This document shows positions 1-13,729 of a stretch of DNA of 64,000 nt, piece by piece; positions within the stretch are counted from its first letter, which is position 1, and each line of letters begins with the position of its first letter. The notes beneath the pieces are model-generated. The model was given only the letters and a program-made list of their open reading frames with translations, made no database searches and had not been told where the DNA came from. The DNA is taken from NCBI GenBank assembly GCA_951406725.2, contig OX597820.1:47430001-47494000 (forward strand), given 5' to 3'. A program made the translations under genes and the position numbers. Origin of the DNA: Octopus vulgaris. Lineage: Eukaryota.

Positions 1-291
1 AAATTGAATAATGAATTAGATAGTATTTGAAAAATATATGAATAATCAAAACGTGATTAAACATACAGGCAATGTGTGCATGAACATGTCCAGTCCATGT
101 GCAGAACCGAATTATTGTAAAATATTCCTTTAGTGAGGCTGCTGGAATTGGTTAAAAGGAGCGAGAAAATAAGACATCATAAGTGAGATTCTTATATAAG
201 ATCAGAAATAATATTCATATGTCAGAGTAAATATGAATAATTTTAAACAATGTTGAAGGAAATAGAGATAAAGTTTCTTTCTGAATCATAT

Positions 292-425
292 AAACTCGTG
301 GGACCGGTTTCCCGGTTTCTCTGGCGCGTATATATTCCCCACCTGGACGGGACGCCTGCCCATCGTAGGTTTACTCATTTTTGCCAATTGAGCGGAATGA
401 AGCAATATGAAATGAAGTATTTACA
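292..425 (-). mobile_element. tRNA-SINE 3' fragment (tail related to 20696-21010)
   Basis: Shares ccggtttc...ctggacgggacgcc..ccatcg tail with the SINE at 20696-21010. Confidence 0.55.
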
Positions 426-1219
426 ACCTTTGCCTCTGTTACTATTGTCTACAATTTCATACCAGCAAAAACGAAGTCGGCCTATTCTGTACACTTTGAG
501 AGCTACAAATTAACTATATTCAACCATTAAAAAAACTGTTCTATTTCGAATGAATATCTCACTATAAAATATGGCTAACTTCTGAAACCGGTTGAATATT
601 TTCTGCTTCTTATGGTTTTCTGTTCAATATTTCTTATTTCTTATTTCATTTCAATTTCTTTAAACTAATTAACAATGACTTGATTCACTCACATTATCCT
701 TTTTGCCTATTTCTGGGACTAGTATAATATTTTCTGCTTCTTACAGTTTTTCAGTCCAACATTTTCTTATTGCAATGATGCTAATGATAATTCGATCCAC
801 TCACTTTATAATTTTTATCTATCCTGTTATTGTCAGATAAGTTTGGCGTGGGATTAGCATATTTAATGTATGAAGCATAGAAAACTAATTAGGAGCAAAT
901 ATAATTTGAGAGAAAAATATTAGTGGATAATTAACATATTTACTGTTGTATTTCTACAAGTGATAGTTTTATACAGGAAAGTATGGTATCTGAATAATTT
1001 GTGAAAGCGTTATAGCTTGAATCACTTTAGAAATACAGAAGCAGTGTATTTAGTCCTGTGAAAAAGTAGAGCCGCTTAATTTATATTTTCAGATACCGGC
1101 TACATTTATACAATAGGTATGTGAGTACCAATGCATAAACATAGTGGAATACATAGACACATAAACACACACATACACACACACGAATGTTGCAGTTTGT
1201 AAACAAAAAAAGAGAGTCC

Positions 1220-1890
1220 TCATTATAAGCTGCTGAGTATATCCATAAATTAACTGAATTCTTTCTTCTCGCCTCAAATTTCACGCCAATGCGATCTTCC
1301 AGTCCTAGTTTTTTTTCGATATTTGAAGCTGGTTGGTTTTATATACATGAAATCAATGTATTCTCCTATGTGCAGCTATCATTTTGACTGTATAAATTCT
1401 AAATATTATTTTAACAAGATGATGTGTTTCTGTTTTTGCTCTGTTGTTGCAATTTATTAGCTAATCTAGAGTGCTTTCGATATAATTTCCATTTCCTCTT
1501 GATTGCCATTTGTGATCATTGCTTAATTTGTGCCTTCTTGATAATTGGCGTGTTGTCACTTTTCATTGACCAATTCAACGGTTGGTTTGTCCCTGTCGAC
1601 TTCATTATTACATCCGGTTTCACCAAAATTGTTAGTCTTTATTGCATTAGATGTCGTCAAATTGTTATTCTGTATTAACTCTATAAGACGTTTGATGTTA
1701 GAATTAATTATGTTACTCTTTTGTGTTATGTCCGTTATTTTCTAAATTGACTATGTAGAGGTTCTGCCAGTGATTATAGTATCTGGTGCCTCTTATTTGA
1801 TATTCTTATCAGTTCGTAAATTTGTTAGTCACTTTGTTCCGTTATAGTCAGCATTAGCCCCCCTTCACTGCAGTTTCCAAATAATCGGAT
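1220..1890 (-). pseudogene. Possible decayed N-terminal region of an R4/Dong-like ORF
   Basis: Stop-riddled minus-strand translation includes NSVNLWIYSAAY, resembling the NxLxYAAA motif of R4-clade ORFs; weak. Confidence 0.2.
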
Positions 1891-2220
1891 ATTTTGCAAA
1901 CGGACCAGTTTTTAAAAATGAATTTTCTCCGCTGACTTGCAAAGTTATCATCTAATTTATTCGGCTGAAGAAGCATATTTGAAACCAAATGATGTTACAC
2001 TTTTCTGAAGTGCACAGGTGGCATGTTTGGAATCATTTATATAATATATGCACTGGCTATACTTACTTATTCTATATTTATATACCTCTTCTTCAGGTTC
2101 TAAGTATGCTTCAAGAAAGATGCTCTGTATCTTCCGTATTTATAGCAGAATACATACATGCATGCATACATACATACATACATACATACATACATACATA
2201 CATACATACATACATACATA

Positions 2221-2553
2221 CATCGTTGTGTGGGACTACAAAGAAAAGATATGTTCTTTTGTTGAAATCAGCTGTTCCCAAGACATGAATGTGATTAGAA
2301 AGATACAAGAGAAAGAGGACATCTAAGAAGAATTGATAGAGTTTGCAGATCCAGTATAGTACTCAAGATACACATTCAGCATCATACCCATTATTACTGG
2401 AGCACCAGGATACATACCAAGCCGTCTGGAGCAAAGTATGGTTGAACTTGAGATCTTGGAGAGGGAATGCAAATCCTTAATTCATATCGTGCAAATGATC
2501 ACGATATCTGGGACTGTAAAAATCTGCAAGACTTTCTCAAGATTTAAAGATAA
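2221..2553 (+). mobile_element. R4/Dong-like non-LTR retrotransposon, RLE endonuclease C-terminus, 5'-truncated
   Basis: Translates IVVWDYKEKICSFVEISCSQDMNVIRKIQEKEDI* then IIPIITGAPGYIP...GTVKICKTF, a PD-(D/E)xK RLE pattern with a stop and frameshift; starts right after (TACA)n. Confidence 0.75.
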
Positions 2554-2671
2554 CGGTTAGAACAGGATACTTTCCCTCACAACCTTGATACCAAGTCGAT
2601 GGCCGGTCAGAATTTAGCCTAAATTAAAAAGAATGAGAGAAGATATACGTAATACATAAATGTGCATGTGT

Positions 2672-2880
2672 GAAGGCGCATAATCTAGTGGTTAGGGTGA
2701 TGCGCTTACGATCCCAAGATCATGGTATCGATTCCTAGATTAGCGGTGTGTTGTGTTCTTGAGCAAAACACTTCATTTCACATTGTTCCAGTTCACTCAA
2801 CTATAAACAGGTGACCCTGCGATGGACTGGCAACTTGTCCGGGGGGAACGTTGGCTTGCTCATTTGGAACCTGCAAGGCT
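2672..2880 (+). mobile_element. Degenerate tRNA-derived SINE
   Basis: A-box-like tagtggttagg, B-box-like ggtatcgattcc, tail ccctgcgatggactggc. Confidence 0.65.
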
Positions 2881-2884
2881 TTGG

Positions 2885-3084
2885 AAATATTAGTACGCCG
2901 GGCGAAAAGCTTAGCGCTATTTCGTCTGTCTTTATGTTCTGAGTTCAAATTCCACAGAGTTCGACTTTTCCCTTCATCCTTTCGGGGTCGATAAATTACG
3001 TACCAGTTGCGTACAGGTGTCGACCGAATGGACTGGCCTCCTCCCCCAAAATTGCCGGCCTTTTGCCTAGAGTAGAAAAGAAAA
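2885..3084 (+). mobile_element. SINE family M (tRNA head plus Meta-like core)
   Basis: gagttcaaattcc B-box, cttcatcctttcggggtcgataaa core, tail gcctagagtagaaaaga. Confidence 0.85.
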
Positions 3085-3085
3085 T

Positions 3086-3219
3086 CTTCTTCTTCTTCTT
3101 CTTCTTCTTCTTCTTCTTCTTCTTCTTCTTCTTCTTCTTCTTCTTCTTCTTCTTCTTCTTCTTCTTCTTCTTCTTCTTCTTCTTCTTCTTCTTCTTCTTC
3201 TTCTTCTTCTTCTTCTTCT
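3086..3219. repeat. (TTC)n microsatellite
   Basis: Direct reading. Confidence 0.95.
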
Positions 3220-3224
3220 TTGAC

Positions 3225-3515
3225 TTTCATTATTATCTGGTATCAACTTTCATGTGTACACTCTCCATTATTTTTCTCTCTAGATTCTCTTCTGATCTAC
3301 TCTGAATAACCTATTCTGGTGGTAACCCTTCATTCTTTGGTCGTATCTTACCATCTTTGCTTTCTTTGCAACGAGGCGCTGTTTCAGTTCCTCCATTACT
3401 ACTTTCAGGCCCGTTCTTTCAATATTATACTTCTTTTTCAGCGCCCTGTATTTTGTTTCACTTTGAAACTCTCCTTTCTCTTTTCGGTCTAACACAGAGA
3501 TTTCCTTCGAGAGCT
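3225..3515 (-). mobile_element. R4/Dong-like ORF fragment (pre-RT region)
   Basis: EELKQRLVAKKAKMVRYDQRMKGYHQNRLFRVDQKRI matches the RYxxR...QNRLFxxDQK pattern of R4-clade ORFs. Confidence 0.7.
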
Positions 3516-3860
3516 TTCACTTCACTACCGAGCGCAGCTCTGTGTACTTTGGGTATGTGCTGTGGTTTGTTGTGATGCTCTAATGGTTACTGTATTGAAA
3601 GTGTTTTGCGTAGGATGTATACAGTGCCCAGTAGTGCAATTTTCTGTATGTTATATATATATTTGTAAGTCCTGGTGTTTTTGGTATGTATTTGTCTGAA
3701 TATTTTTTTATCGTACCTAAAGTGTCTACTATGATAGGAATTGTTTCTGTTTTTAGATTCCACATTCGAGTTATCTCTATTTCCAGGTCTTTGTATTTTG
3801 AAAGTTTCTTTTAGAGAAACGTTGTCATCTGCTGGTATTGATACATCAATTAGAAAGCAT
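3516..3860 (-). mobile_element. R4/Dong-like RLE C-terminus plus 3' UTR
   Basis: CFLIDVSIPADDNVSLKE, MWNLKTETIPIIVDTLGTIKK and IQKIALLGTVHILRKTLSIQ* across frameshifts; next to (TAA)n. Confidence 0.8.
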
Positions 3861-3862
3861 TA

Positions 3863-3922
<60 letters not shown>

Positions 3923-3933
3923 GTTATTATTAT

Positions 3934-4312
3934 TCACTCTCTGCTTTTAGCCCTGAGCTTCGTAACCATTGGTGCGTGTGTTTCCGGTCGACATCAGCTT
4001 GTTTGCTACGGGCCACATACTTGCCATGGAGAGGTTTCTGTTCCCATCTTCTAGCTAAATTTTCATGTGCTTTTGTCTTTGCAATTAATTTTATTTTCTT
4101 TGCAGGTGCAGTTGGCGCATTTCCTTCATCCTACTCAATCTGGTGGGTATCTAAGAGAGCAGCAGCGAGTGTTTTTGCTCTCTTTGAGAATAGAGTGAAG
4201 TTTTTTAGGTCTTTCATGTTTTTCAACAAGTTTTAGCATCCAATCGTTCGTTGCTTCAAGGTATTTGGCCAGTCCGATTGTGGTGGTTTTGTATGTAAGT
4301 TCAAGCTGGATC

Positions 4313-4314
<2 letters not shown>
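3934..4314 (-). mobile_element. R4/Dong-like post-RT fragment
   Basis: LIQLELTYKTTTIGLAKYLEATNDWML...WEQKPLHGKY...DVDRKHTHQWLRSSGLKAESE. Confidence 0.8.
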
Positions 4315-4362
<48 letters not shown>

Positions 4363-4565
4363 CCATCATCACCATCACCATCACCATCACCATCACTATC
4401 ACCACCAGCATCACCATCACTATCACCACCAGCATCACCATCACCACCACCACTACCACCACCATCACCATCACCATCACCATCACCATCATCATCACCA
4501 CCACCACCACCACCACCACCACCACCACCACCACCATCACCACCACCACCACCACCACCACCACC

Positions 4566-4599
<34 letters not shown>

Positions 4600-4613
4600 T
4601 CACCATCACCATC

Positions 4614-4683
<70 letters not shown>
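4315..4683. repeat. (CAT)n/(CAC)n compound microsatellite
   Basis: Direct reading; source of the poly-His ORF. Confidence 0.95.
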
Positions 4684-4684
<1 letters not shown>

Positions 4685-4699
4685 TATTAATTATTATAC

Positions 4700-4910
4700 T
4701 GGTAACGAGCTGGTAGAATTGTTAGTATGCTGGATAAGATGTGTAGCGGCATTTCGTTCATCTATACGCTCTGACTTCAAATTCCGCCGAGGCCGACTTC
4801 GCCTTTTATCCTACAGGAATTGATAAAATAGGGACCAGTTGAACACTGGGATATGCCTAATCAACTAACCCCTTCCTCCGAAACTACTGGCCTTGTGCCA
4901 AAATGTGAAA
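4700..4910 (+). mobile_element. SINE family M
   Basis: Head gcgagctggtagaattgttag, Meta-like core, tail ccttgtgccaaaatgtgaaa. Confidence 0.8.
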
Positions 4911-5301
4911 TCTTTTATTATCATTCTTCTTCTTTTTCTTCTTCTTCTTCTTCTTCTTCTTCTTCTTCTTCTTCTTCTTCTTCTTCTTCTTCTTCTTCTT
5001 CTTCTTCTTTTTCTTCTTCTTCTTCTTCTTCTTCTTCTTCTTCTTCTTCTTCTTCTTGTTGTCGTCGTTGTTGTTGTTGATGTTGTTATTTACTATTATT
5101 TTATTGTCATTGTTATTTCTTTTGTTTGTCATTGTTATTATGTTTGTTATTGTCAATGTTGTTTGGAGTTTGTATTTCTTTACTAAGATTTAGACTTCCT
5201 TCTTGAAAAACTCTCGCCCCCTCCCGCCACACACACACCATGCAACTCACCCTTAATTCATAAAGAAGAAAATATGAATAGAGAATTATTTATATTACAA
5301 T

Positions 5302-5340
<39 letters not shown>

Positions 5341-5674
5341 AATAATAATAATAATAAAAACAACAACAGTTACATCTATAGAAATACCGTGTCTCGTACA
5401 ATAAAACATATGCAGTACAATAATAGAATATGAACATAGAACAATAAAAAAATATAGCATGAATACAAAAAAAAAATTGTGTAAAAAAACCCACACAAAC
5501 AAATTGAACGGACACATTCATTATACTAAATTATAATAATTCACGCCATTTGTGTCTCGGTCATATCAGCTCGAGTCTACTGCCGCCTGGTGGTCGTTTG
5601 TTTAATCTCAAGCCATTTTGAAGCTGGTTTCTAGACACGGACTCATGAACGCGTGCGTATACAAGCACATACAG

Positions 5675-5676
<2 letters not shown>

Positions 5677-5725
<49 letters not shown>

Positions 5726-5899
5726 GAGGCAGACACATACATACACGCTAGTGCGGACATGCACATAGTTACAGACACAAGCAAACACACACGTTACGCG
5801 CGTGTTCGTATGTGAGCGTTCGTATGTGTTTCCCCTTGTGTATTATATACATATATCACTGTACGTATGGATGTATATATCCATACACGTATAACTGTG

Positions 5900-5930
<31 letters not shown>

Positions 5931-5992
5931 TGGTGAGGGTATGCGCATAGATATACATACATACAAACATTCATACATACACACACACACAA

Positions 5993-6025
<33 letters not shown>

Positions 6026-6056
6026 CATACACATATATACATATAAATATATACAC

Positions 6057-6094
<38 letters not shown>

Positions 6095-6156
6095 ACACGC
6101 ATACATACACATATACACACATATATATATATATAAATGTATATATACATATACAG

Positions 6157-6190
<34 letters not shown>

Positions 6191-6209
6191 GTATATATAC
6201 ACATATTTA

Positions 6210-6257
<48 letters not shown>

Positions 6258-6401
6258 CATACCCTCCCACACATATGTTTACTACAATAAATGAATACGT
6301 AATAACCATTATTTATGCCTTGTCATTTCTCTCTCTCTCTATCTATGTATATATATATATATATATGTATATATATGTATATATACATATATAAATATAT
6401 G

Positions 6402-6432
<31 letters not shown>

Positions 6433-7526
6433 GTATATATATATGTATATATATATGTGTGTGGGTATATATAAATATATCTATATAAATATATGTATAT
6501 TTATATGAATATGTTAGTGTGTATATATATATGTGTGTGTATTTGTATATATATATGTATATACGCACACACGTACACACACACACGTACACACACACAC
6601 ACACGTTTCTCTAAGTGCAAGAGCGACACATACGTTATATCTGTGTGACTACAGTACTTAATTTCCCTCTAACGACACTCTATGGAATATACAATATTGT
6701 TGTTGTTGTTGTTGTTGTTGTTGTAAATGTGATTATTTGTTGATGACGTTGTTGTTTATGATGCCAGTGTTATTGTAGTTATCATTGTTGTTGTTGTTGC
6801 TGTTTTTGCTGTTAATCTTTGTTATTGAGGCTGTAACATTTGATTGTAACGTTGTTGTTGTTGTTGTTGTTGTCAAGGCAATAAAATTGTTGTTGTTGGT
6901 GATGTTGATGATTATGATAACATTAATGATGATAACAGTGAAGATAGTGATGAGAATGTACATACATATATATACATACATACACACATACACATGTGTA
7001 TATACGTATTCATATATGTATACTTACATGTGTGTGTATGTATATATATATATATATTTATATGCATACATATATGTACGCATATACACATATATGTATA
7101 TATGTAAGTATGCTTATATATAAATATATGTATGTGTATATATGTAAATGTGTGCTTATGTGTCATTGTATGTATGTATATATATATGTATATATAGACG
7201 CACATATATGAGTGTGAGTTTGTGTATATATATGTATGTATACATATATTTATGTGTATATATATGTTCTGTGTGTGTGTATGTATATACTTATATATAT
7301 ATATATATATATGAATATACATGAATATATATATATATATATATATGCATATATATATATATGTGTGTGCATATATATATGTATATATATATGGATTTAC
7401 ATACAATATATATATATATATATATATACATACATATATGTGCATACATATATGAATATATATATGTGTATATGTGTATATCTGTGCATATATATATGTG
7501 TATATATATATATATATATGTTTGTG

Positions 7527-7581
<55 letters not shown>

Positions 7582-7618
7582 ATATATGCATATATGTATA
7601 TGTATGTATGTATATATA
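5677..7618. repeat. Compound (CA)n/(TA)n/(TTG)n low-complexity field
   Basis: Direct reading. Confidence 0.9.
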
Positions 7619-8620
7619 GAACCATCAAAACTGCCTGAAAGTGTCTAAAAAGTTTCGCAATGAGTAATTATTTTATAAAAAAAAGATAGAATCTTTTCTA
7701 GATTGCTCTACGTTTCTCTTTAGGACAAAAATTGGTCAATCGAATTTCTCAGACGGCCAATTTATAGTATTATGGAAATTACGTTTCAGACATGAAATTC
7801 CTGTTTATCTGCCTTCTGTTTCAGTTTGATGGTTGTCGTGTTGTGCGGCGGTAATGGTGATGGCGATGACGGATAGTGTTACAGTGGGAGTGTGCGTTGA
7901 TAGTGGTTTCTGTGCTAGTGGAGATAGTATATATTTATGTTTGTGGTAGTAGTGTTGGTGCTTGCATGTTGATGGTGATGCAGTTATGGTAATAGTATGT
8001 TACTGATGATGGTCTCAATGATGGTAGAGATAACACAATGATGATGGTGTGTAGTGTTAGTGTTGTTGTTTATTAAGATATTATAGAAGTGGGGTGGGTT
8101 GATTGGCATACATTAAAGAAAACCATAAGATGCTCAACCACGTTTAGAACAATAGCAGGCACCACGTTTGGCCAACAGAAAAATAAACATGAAATAAGGG
8201 TGTATAATCATAAATGCATTAGAGCTATTATATATTGTCATCCCTGCCTTAACCCTCAATTCCTCTACAACAATCAGCAATAAAATAACAAAAACAAACC
8301 ACACGTCTTTGTACAACTAGCGATGACTTGTGGAGCTTGTTTTGCATTCTTTGTAGTTTATTGTGGCTAAGTGTGACGAAGTTGGGGATAACTTAGGGAT
8401 GACATAGTCTATGATACTTCTAATGAACTTATTGCTAATATGCTCTGGCTAAAAATTTTCTTCAATTGGCCAAGTATAGTAACTGTGACTGCTCTTAACG
8501 TGTCCTTGTGGTTTCTTTCCAATATCCTTCGTATGTATTGTAAAAGTTAAGGAAGTGTTTACAAATAACTCTTCTTTAAAATCTATACATCGTATATATA
8601 TATATATATATATATACATA

Positions 8621-9183
8621 CAGTAATACCTCATTTTACGAGGACCCATTTTACGACACCGTGGTTTTACGAGTTTTACTTTTCAAGCACAAACTCCAAA
8701 TTTTTAACGAAGTGCGAAAGTTTCTCCTCCCATAACAAATGCTTCTGTGTGTCACCGAGAAATTTATTGAGAGCGAAAAAATGCTTCTTCTAAGCAACCA
8801 GCACTAGACTTGTCTTTTAAAAAGAAATATACAAGTCCGTCTACGAGTGCTTGTGAATCGGCGATTGCGTCTACAAGTGATGGTGTGCACGAGTCTAGTG
8901 TGAGTGAAAGTGATTCAGAAAACGATTATAACAATAAGATATTTTTTAATAAATAATCTTGACATTTTTTTTTTACCTTACATAAAATATTCTTTACATT
9001 CTACTGTTGTTTTATTGCCATTTATTTACGAGTATTATGAATTTTATAGGTAAAATATTTTTCTGGGAACGTATTACAATTTATAACATTGCTACCATGG
9101 AAAATTATTGCTCTGCTTTAAGAGTTTACGTTTTACGCGCGGTCTCCGGGAACAAGTTAACTCACCTATCGTGGCATTTCTGT
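8621..9183. mobile_element. Degenerate Tigger/pogo-like MITE
   Basis: Left end TA-cagtaatacctcattttacg; degenerate right end ...ctg-TA. Confidence 0.4.
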
Positions 9184-9847
9184 ATATATACTGTTGTTTA
9201 TAATTATAATAGTTAAGGAAGTGGCCAAGTTGTGTGGTGGTGTTTGTAGTGGTGGGGATGTGTTGTAGTCTTGGTGAGGTTTGTAGTATTGCCGATATTT
9301 GTAGTTGGTGGCGTTTGCAGAAGCGTGATGCTTGTGTTGGTGGTAGTATTTGTAGTGTGTGTGTGTGGAATCGTTTGCAGTGGATTCGTGTTTGTAAATG
9401 GTGGAGTTGCTTCTGGTGATAAATATGGTGGTGGTGTTTTGTTGTATTTTTCTGAAGTGGGAGTTTTTTGTGGTTGTGATTGCTTAGGGAGCTGATAATT
9501 ACAAGTGTGGTAATCATGGCAGTAGCTTTTTATACAATGATGTGATGGCGTTAGTTGGTCACGTAGAGTACTAATAGTGTCGTGGTAAGAGTGGTCTTGA
9601 TATAGATGCGGGTTTGTGATGTTGCTTGTACTGATAATATCGTGATGGTGTTGCTGATAGTGATAATGTCGTGCAAGGTGGTGTTCGTAATGAAAATGTC
9701 GAGATAGCGTCGCTGGTAGTGATAATATAGTGGTAGTGATGTTGATGGTTAATAGCTAGTGATTAAAATCAAACCTTTTTTTTTTTACTTTCGTCTAAAC
9801 TGAGATATATACAGGTACGCATGTGCGTACACACGCAATAAAGGGAT

Positions 9848-9848
9848 G

Positions 9849-9945
<97 letters not shown>

Positions 9946-10054
9946 GTCTATCTATCTATTCACAAATATATAAAAATATTTTGCTTTCGGTGTTCTGCAA
10001 GCATAAGTACGTACGTATGTACATACATACATATACTACATATACATATACATG

Positions 10055-10093
<39 letters not shown>

Positions 10094-10104
10094 TACATAT
10101 ACAT

Positions 10105-10151
<47 letters not shown>

Positions 10152-10166
10152 CATATATATATATGC

Positions 10167-10232
<66 letters not shown>

Positions 10233-10380
10233 TGTACATGTACATGTATGTATGCATACATACACATATATATATATACACACACACACATATATATACA
10301 TATTGTTTGAATATATATATATGTGTGTGTGCGTGTGTGCGTGCGTGCGTATGTGTGTGTGTGTGTGTGTGTGTCTGTGT
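9848..10380. repeat. (TCTA)n, (TA)n and (TG)n microsatellites
   Basis: Direct reading. Confidence 0.9.
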
Positions 10381-11118
10381 TTCTATCTCTGTCTGTGAAA
10401 TAGTGTATCTGTACGTGAGTAACGTTTCGTTTTCATTCCCTTTTTCTAAGAATTAAACAACAAATCTGCTGACGTGAAAGAAAGGAAAAACAAACCGTGG
10501 AAAAAAGAAAATATAACAGAAAAAAAATTAAGGAAAATAAATTACTACGCCATTTCATTCTGTGTTACTTCCGGTTACAATTATGCACAGTCATTTCAAG
10601 AAGAAGAGGAGGTGGAGGGAAGCGATAAAGAAGAATCATTTCTTTAAAACGATCTATCATTAATAATTCTCCTGGGGGTTATCATCTCCACATTTTCTGT
10701 CTGTCTGTCATGAAATTTCAGCTGCTCTAACCGACGTTTTTATTTCTTCATGTTTGTTCAAAGAATTGAGCAAAAAGAAAAAAAAAAACCCCCAAAAGTA
10801 CAACAGCAAGCAATAAGGAATACAAAAACTTAACTACGAGGCTGTAGACAAATTCTCAGTAAGCTGCTGTTTAAATATTTGAAGTACACAACGACTTTAG
10901 GTTTCGAATCTCGTATTTGTTTATCACAAGAACGATAAGTCTATGAGGATTATTGTTCGGAACAGTCGTTTGTTGGAGCCGTTGTAAAAGTTCAGTTATT
11001 GTATCGTTGGTGTACATTTGGCTGTGGCTTCCCCACATCCAACAATGGCACCGATGTTTCAGTAACATGCATATGTAGATATATAGCTGTTATGGACATT
11101 AATATATTTCATATAGTA

Positions 11119-11338
11119 AAGGCAGCGAGCTGGCAAAATCGTTAGCACGCCAGGCAAAATGTTTAGCGGCATTTCGTCCGTCTTTACGTGCTGAGTTCAA
11201 ATTCCGCCGAGGGTCGATTTAGCCTTTCATCCTTTTTCAGGGTCGATAAAATAAGTACCAGGAGAACACTGAAGTCAACGTAATCCACTTAATCCTCTCT
11301 CACGAAATTGCTGGCGTTGTGCCAAAAATTGAAACCAA
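11119..11338 (+). mobile_element. SINE family M, full length
   Basis: Complete head, core and tail; imperfect TSD aatatatt(t/g)catata. Confidence 0.85.
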
Positions 11339-12135
11339 TATATTGCATATATTGGCGAAATATTTTAGTTTTTGTCTATCAATGGATACTCTCCATCTAT
11401 TGATGCGGGTCGATTTTGGTGCAGTTCAGATATTAGTGTGGTTTAGATAACGCATGTAACATAAATTTGAGTTGTCCCTTCTTCTTCCTTTACTATATTA
11501 TACACCGTGTAATATGTACAGCGTTTCGTTGGTGCCTAAACAGATTTACAGGTTTAATATCGTTACGCAACTGACCGCTATATTGACTGCTTGATATGAT
11601 TGGGAGTCCTTAGTATCATATTGGCTGGGTATACATTTAAGTGCTACCGAATTAATTGACAGGATCATTTAGACACCCACTACTTAATACACACACACAA
11701 ACACACAAACACACACATCGCTGTATCGATCAGACTATCAAATGTTCGTACAAATCGCTAATCACAAACTGCTTACATTCTTCTCGTGATTGTGTCATTC
11801 TCTGTTATTTGAGCCCGACTGTTTTTGACTGTGATCTTCCAGTTGTTTTAGAGGCCTTGTGTGTGTTCTCCTTGTCAACTGCACAGGCTCGCCTGGTGTC
11901 CGTAAGCCTTGTGACATGTCCGGTGCACCGCAACTTGCGCTTTCGAATATTCGATCAATCGCTTTTTCCACTCTCGAATTACCACATTTTAGATATGCCC
12001 TGGCAATGATATTCCTCGCATGGATCTTTACACGGTCATCTATGTCATAGCCAATCTTCCTCTCCCTGTTTCTGTCTGTCTGTGTAGCTCTCTATCTATA
12101 TGTCTGTTTATCTGTTTATTTCTCTCCCACATCCA

Positions 12136-12168
<33 letters not shown>

Positions 12169-12255
12169 CGTTTGATTTTTCGGCCCATCTCTTTTCAGTC
12201 ATCTGTTTAGATTAGTCGCTTTAATTGGAGCCTGGGGATATACATAATGGTTGCA

Positions 12256-12374
<119 letters not shown>

Positions 12375-13124
12375 CTATATCTCCAGAACTTTATCGGCAG
12401 GAGGGACCTAAGCCCAGCTTTTAGGTTTGACAAGCCATAAGCTCGTTATAGGCTATGTTAATGTGATTCTGTTTTACATCGTTCTCTCAAACAGAAAACA
12501 GCAGGAAAAATCCAAAGCAATAAAACACCATTTTGCGTGTGCATTTAGATATAACGTAAGCTTGTTAAGGGACAAAAAAAAAAAAAAAGATAATAAAAAA
12601 TAAAAAAAAGATAATAGAAAAAGAAAAGGAAAACAATAAAGAAACAAACCGATATAGCAGATTAATAGATATCGGTTGGAGGAAACATCAGATTTCATGG
12701 GGATTATTACAAAATGAAAAATTTTGGATTTAACTTTCTAAGAAATTCTTGTTATCGGTTTTAGAACTATGTTGTATTAGGCATTATGTTGGGTTTTAGT
12801 TACATACAAGCGACGAAATAAGATATAGGCAGTGTTTGTTGGTAAAAACCTTACAAAAAATTCTAACCAAATATGGGATTATTTGTTGGGGTTTGTTTGC
12901 TTGCTTGGCTTAATTTTTGAAGGCAGAGTCAGAAGGACCGGCGGCAGTGCACATAATCATCATAGATCTTCCGTGTTTGGTTGAAATCGATAACCGTAAG
13001 TGTTTTGTTTCGACATCTGTAGTTTGGCATCTACAGTTTGGGAAGAGGAAGTGGGTAAAAAAAGTTCGTGGGCGGGAATAGAATTTTACTGGGTAAACGT
13101 TCAAGGAGGAAAGAATTGAATACC

Positions 13125-13545
13125 CTTTTACCCTTTTACTTGTTTCAGTCATCTGACTGCGGCCATGCTAGGAGCACCGCCTTTAGTCGAGCAAATCGAC
13201 CCCCAGGACTTATTCTTTGTAAGCCCAGTACTTATTCTATCGGTCTCTTTTACCGAACCGCTAAGTGACGGGGACGTAAACACGCCAGCATCGGTTGTCA
13301 AGCGATGCTAGGGGGACAGACACAGACACACAAACACATACACACACATACATACATATATATATATATATACATATATACGACAGGCTTCTTTTCAGTT
13401 TCCGTCTACCAAATCCACTCACAAGGCATTGGTCGGCCCGGGGCTATAGCAGAAGACACTTGCCCAAGATGTCACGCAGTGAGAATGAACCCGGAACCAT
13501 GTGGTTGGTTAGCAAGCTACTTACCACACAGCCACTCCTGCGCCT
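13125..13545 (-). mobile_element. SINE family C (tRNA head, CORE-like ttgggcaagtgtctt, internal microsatellite)
   Basis: Minus strand ggcgcaggagtggctgtgtggtaag...gactgaaacaagtaaaag. Confidence 0.9.
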
Positions 13546-13729
13546 ATGTCAGTTATTTGTGTGAGACTGTGTGAGATGTGGTACAACGAGATGAGGGGTG
13601 TATGTTAGATTGGAATGGGTAGAGAAGGTATGAAGCTAAGTAGCTCAGATGAGCACAGTCGATCTTCCTTCCTTGAACCTTCAAATCATATAGAGTGGTA
13701 GGAGCACAGGCGTGTCATCATTTTTCTTT

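Noticed and set aside
595-830. Diverged ~130-bp tandem duplication (also ~170-bp spaced repeat at 22530-22775)
   Set aside because: Ordinary local duplications with no further structure.
1962-2000. CTGAAGA...GAAAC motif
   Set aside because: Stem II is at most 2 bp and there is no stem I; probably chance.
4265-4690. Poly-His and poly-Met ORFs, and similar homopolymer ORFs elsewhere
   Set aside because: Trinucleotide microsatellites with no splice or domain support.
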